A stretch of 63,514 nt of DNA, filler included, from Octopus bimaculoides (Eukaryota), in NCBI RefSeq assembly GCF_001194135.2. It is 6 parts of 5 records of this genome, joined end to end, with 100 filler letters (N's around TTAATTAATTAA, not from the genome) between each part and the next. Parts side by side here need not be neighbours in the genome. Positions count along the whole stretch, not along the records: positions 57,273 to 63,514 come from NC_068982.1; 5 more parts are not named here. One strand, written 5' to 3'. How positions within the stretch are numbered: the first letter of the stretch is position 1; every line of letters begins with the position of its first letter. Shown one piece after another: positions 62,201 to 63,514 of this stretch. The notes under the pieces are model-generated. The model ran no database searches. It was given only the letters and a program-made list of their open reading frames with translations, and was not told the DNA's origin. Position numbers and translations under genes: made by a program.

Positions 62201-62737
62201 TAGATAGATAGATAGATAGATAGACAAAAATCATTGAGAGATGAGCATATAAATAAACTGGGTCTGTTTACTATTGTCCTTGTTCTTGTTGTAAAGCATG
62301 GTTGAACATTCTCTGACCAATCAATTTATCTTACTGGTTTCTAAATCACGAATTAACAGTATCGATAAATTGTGGAATTAAGTATATTTATATATTTATA
62401 ACAAGAAAATTTCTAATATTGTACATTAGTGTCATGATCCGTATCCATTTTATGATATTTCCCGCTTGCAGCTCCCATGAACCATGTTAGGTCACTGAGT
62501 ATAACAAATTTTCACGCTTGCTAGTTTTTCTTCTGCTTCCCTCATATTTTGACCAAACAACGATGATTCATAGTAATGTTTTTCTTTCTATAGGGAAGGG
62601 GGATCTTCGACACATTGACAGCTGAATACTTTATAGCATATAAACAAACACAAACACGTTTTGATATGTATTTGTGTGTTTATATACATTATGCACACAT
62701 ATACATGTGTACGTGTATATACGTGTGTGTCTGCGAG

Positions 62738-62775
<38 letters not shown>

Positions 62776-62846
62776 NNNNNNNNNNNNNNNNNNNNNNNNN
62801 NNNNNNNNNNNNNATATATATGCATGTATGTATGTATGCATAAACG

Positions 62847-62914
<68 letters not shown>

Positions 62915-62915
62915 T

Positions 62916-62950
<35 letters not shown>

Positions 62951-63514
62951 GGCCGACAGACCGACACACACTGACAGAAAGACAGATGCAAGAGGTAAAC
63001 AATGAAATGTAGTGATGCACCGTAGAGCATTAAAACACTTTTCCTAATAACCTAGATATGAATAATTTACCCATAACTGCATAATTAATCTTCATCATTT
63101 GGGGGAATGAGAACATGCTAAAATTTAATGTAGTTTATCCTTCAGTAGTCTATTGTTCTGCAGGGATTAATTTTCACTTATTAAGACAACAATTAATAAT
63201 AAAAAAATCGTTTTTGTCAACAATAAGTACACTTTTGTTTATGGGAAAAATCACTGAGTTTCTTGTACGCTGATATATTTTATGCTACTTCAACATGAGA
63301 AGTTTGGAATAGGGATGCTATAAAACTTCACATTTCAGTATTCTCTTTCTCTTTTGTTTACATTATCCTGTGAATATACATTAATCATTTGGAGTCATTT
63401 ATAAAACACGACTTACTGCCTCTAACTAGAAGGCCATAGTGACCAAAACGCATTCACTCATACATATCCACACACATTCATCTCTTTCTGTCTCCCTCTC
63501 TCTCTCTCTCTCTC

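Overview
AT-rich, repeat-saturated eukaryotic draft-assembly window with many N gaps. The SINE families and microsatellite load resemble an octopod cephalopod genome such as Octopus; this is recall-based inference. I cannot identify any host protein-coding gene with confidence. Every long ORF in the supplied track is a microsatellite translation, a gap read-through or a transposon relic. Recognisable content: several tRNA-derived SINE families (about 30 copies); RTE, CR1-group, L1/Tx1 and RLE-type LINE fragments; Tc1/mariner relics and MITEs; Penelope-like terminal repeats; and many foldback elements. The most notable signals are: (i) three distinct GG-terminal TIR elements with exact 8-9 bp TSDs (Merlin/IS1016-like), all carrying TTAGGG telomeric repeats, plus a fourth partial relative; (ii) a 143-bp mini-element containing an intact hammerhead-ribozyme core next to a 70-bp palindrome built from its own ends; (iii) a CR1-group LINE whose 3' end matches the 3' tail of the commonest SINE; (iv) a 688-bp foldback with about 250-bp arms inside a CpG-depleted domain (about 18.5-30.2 kb) that may be a methylated gene body. 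SINE and relic boundaries are approximate; TSD and TIR coordinates were counted by hand.
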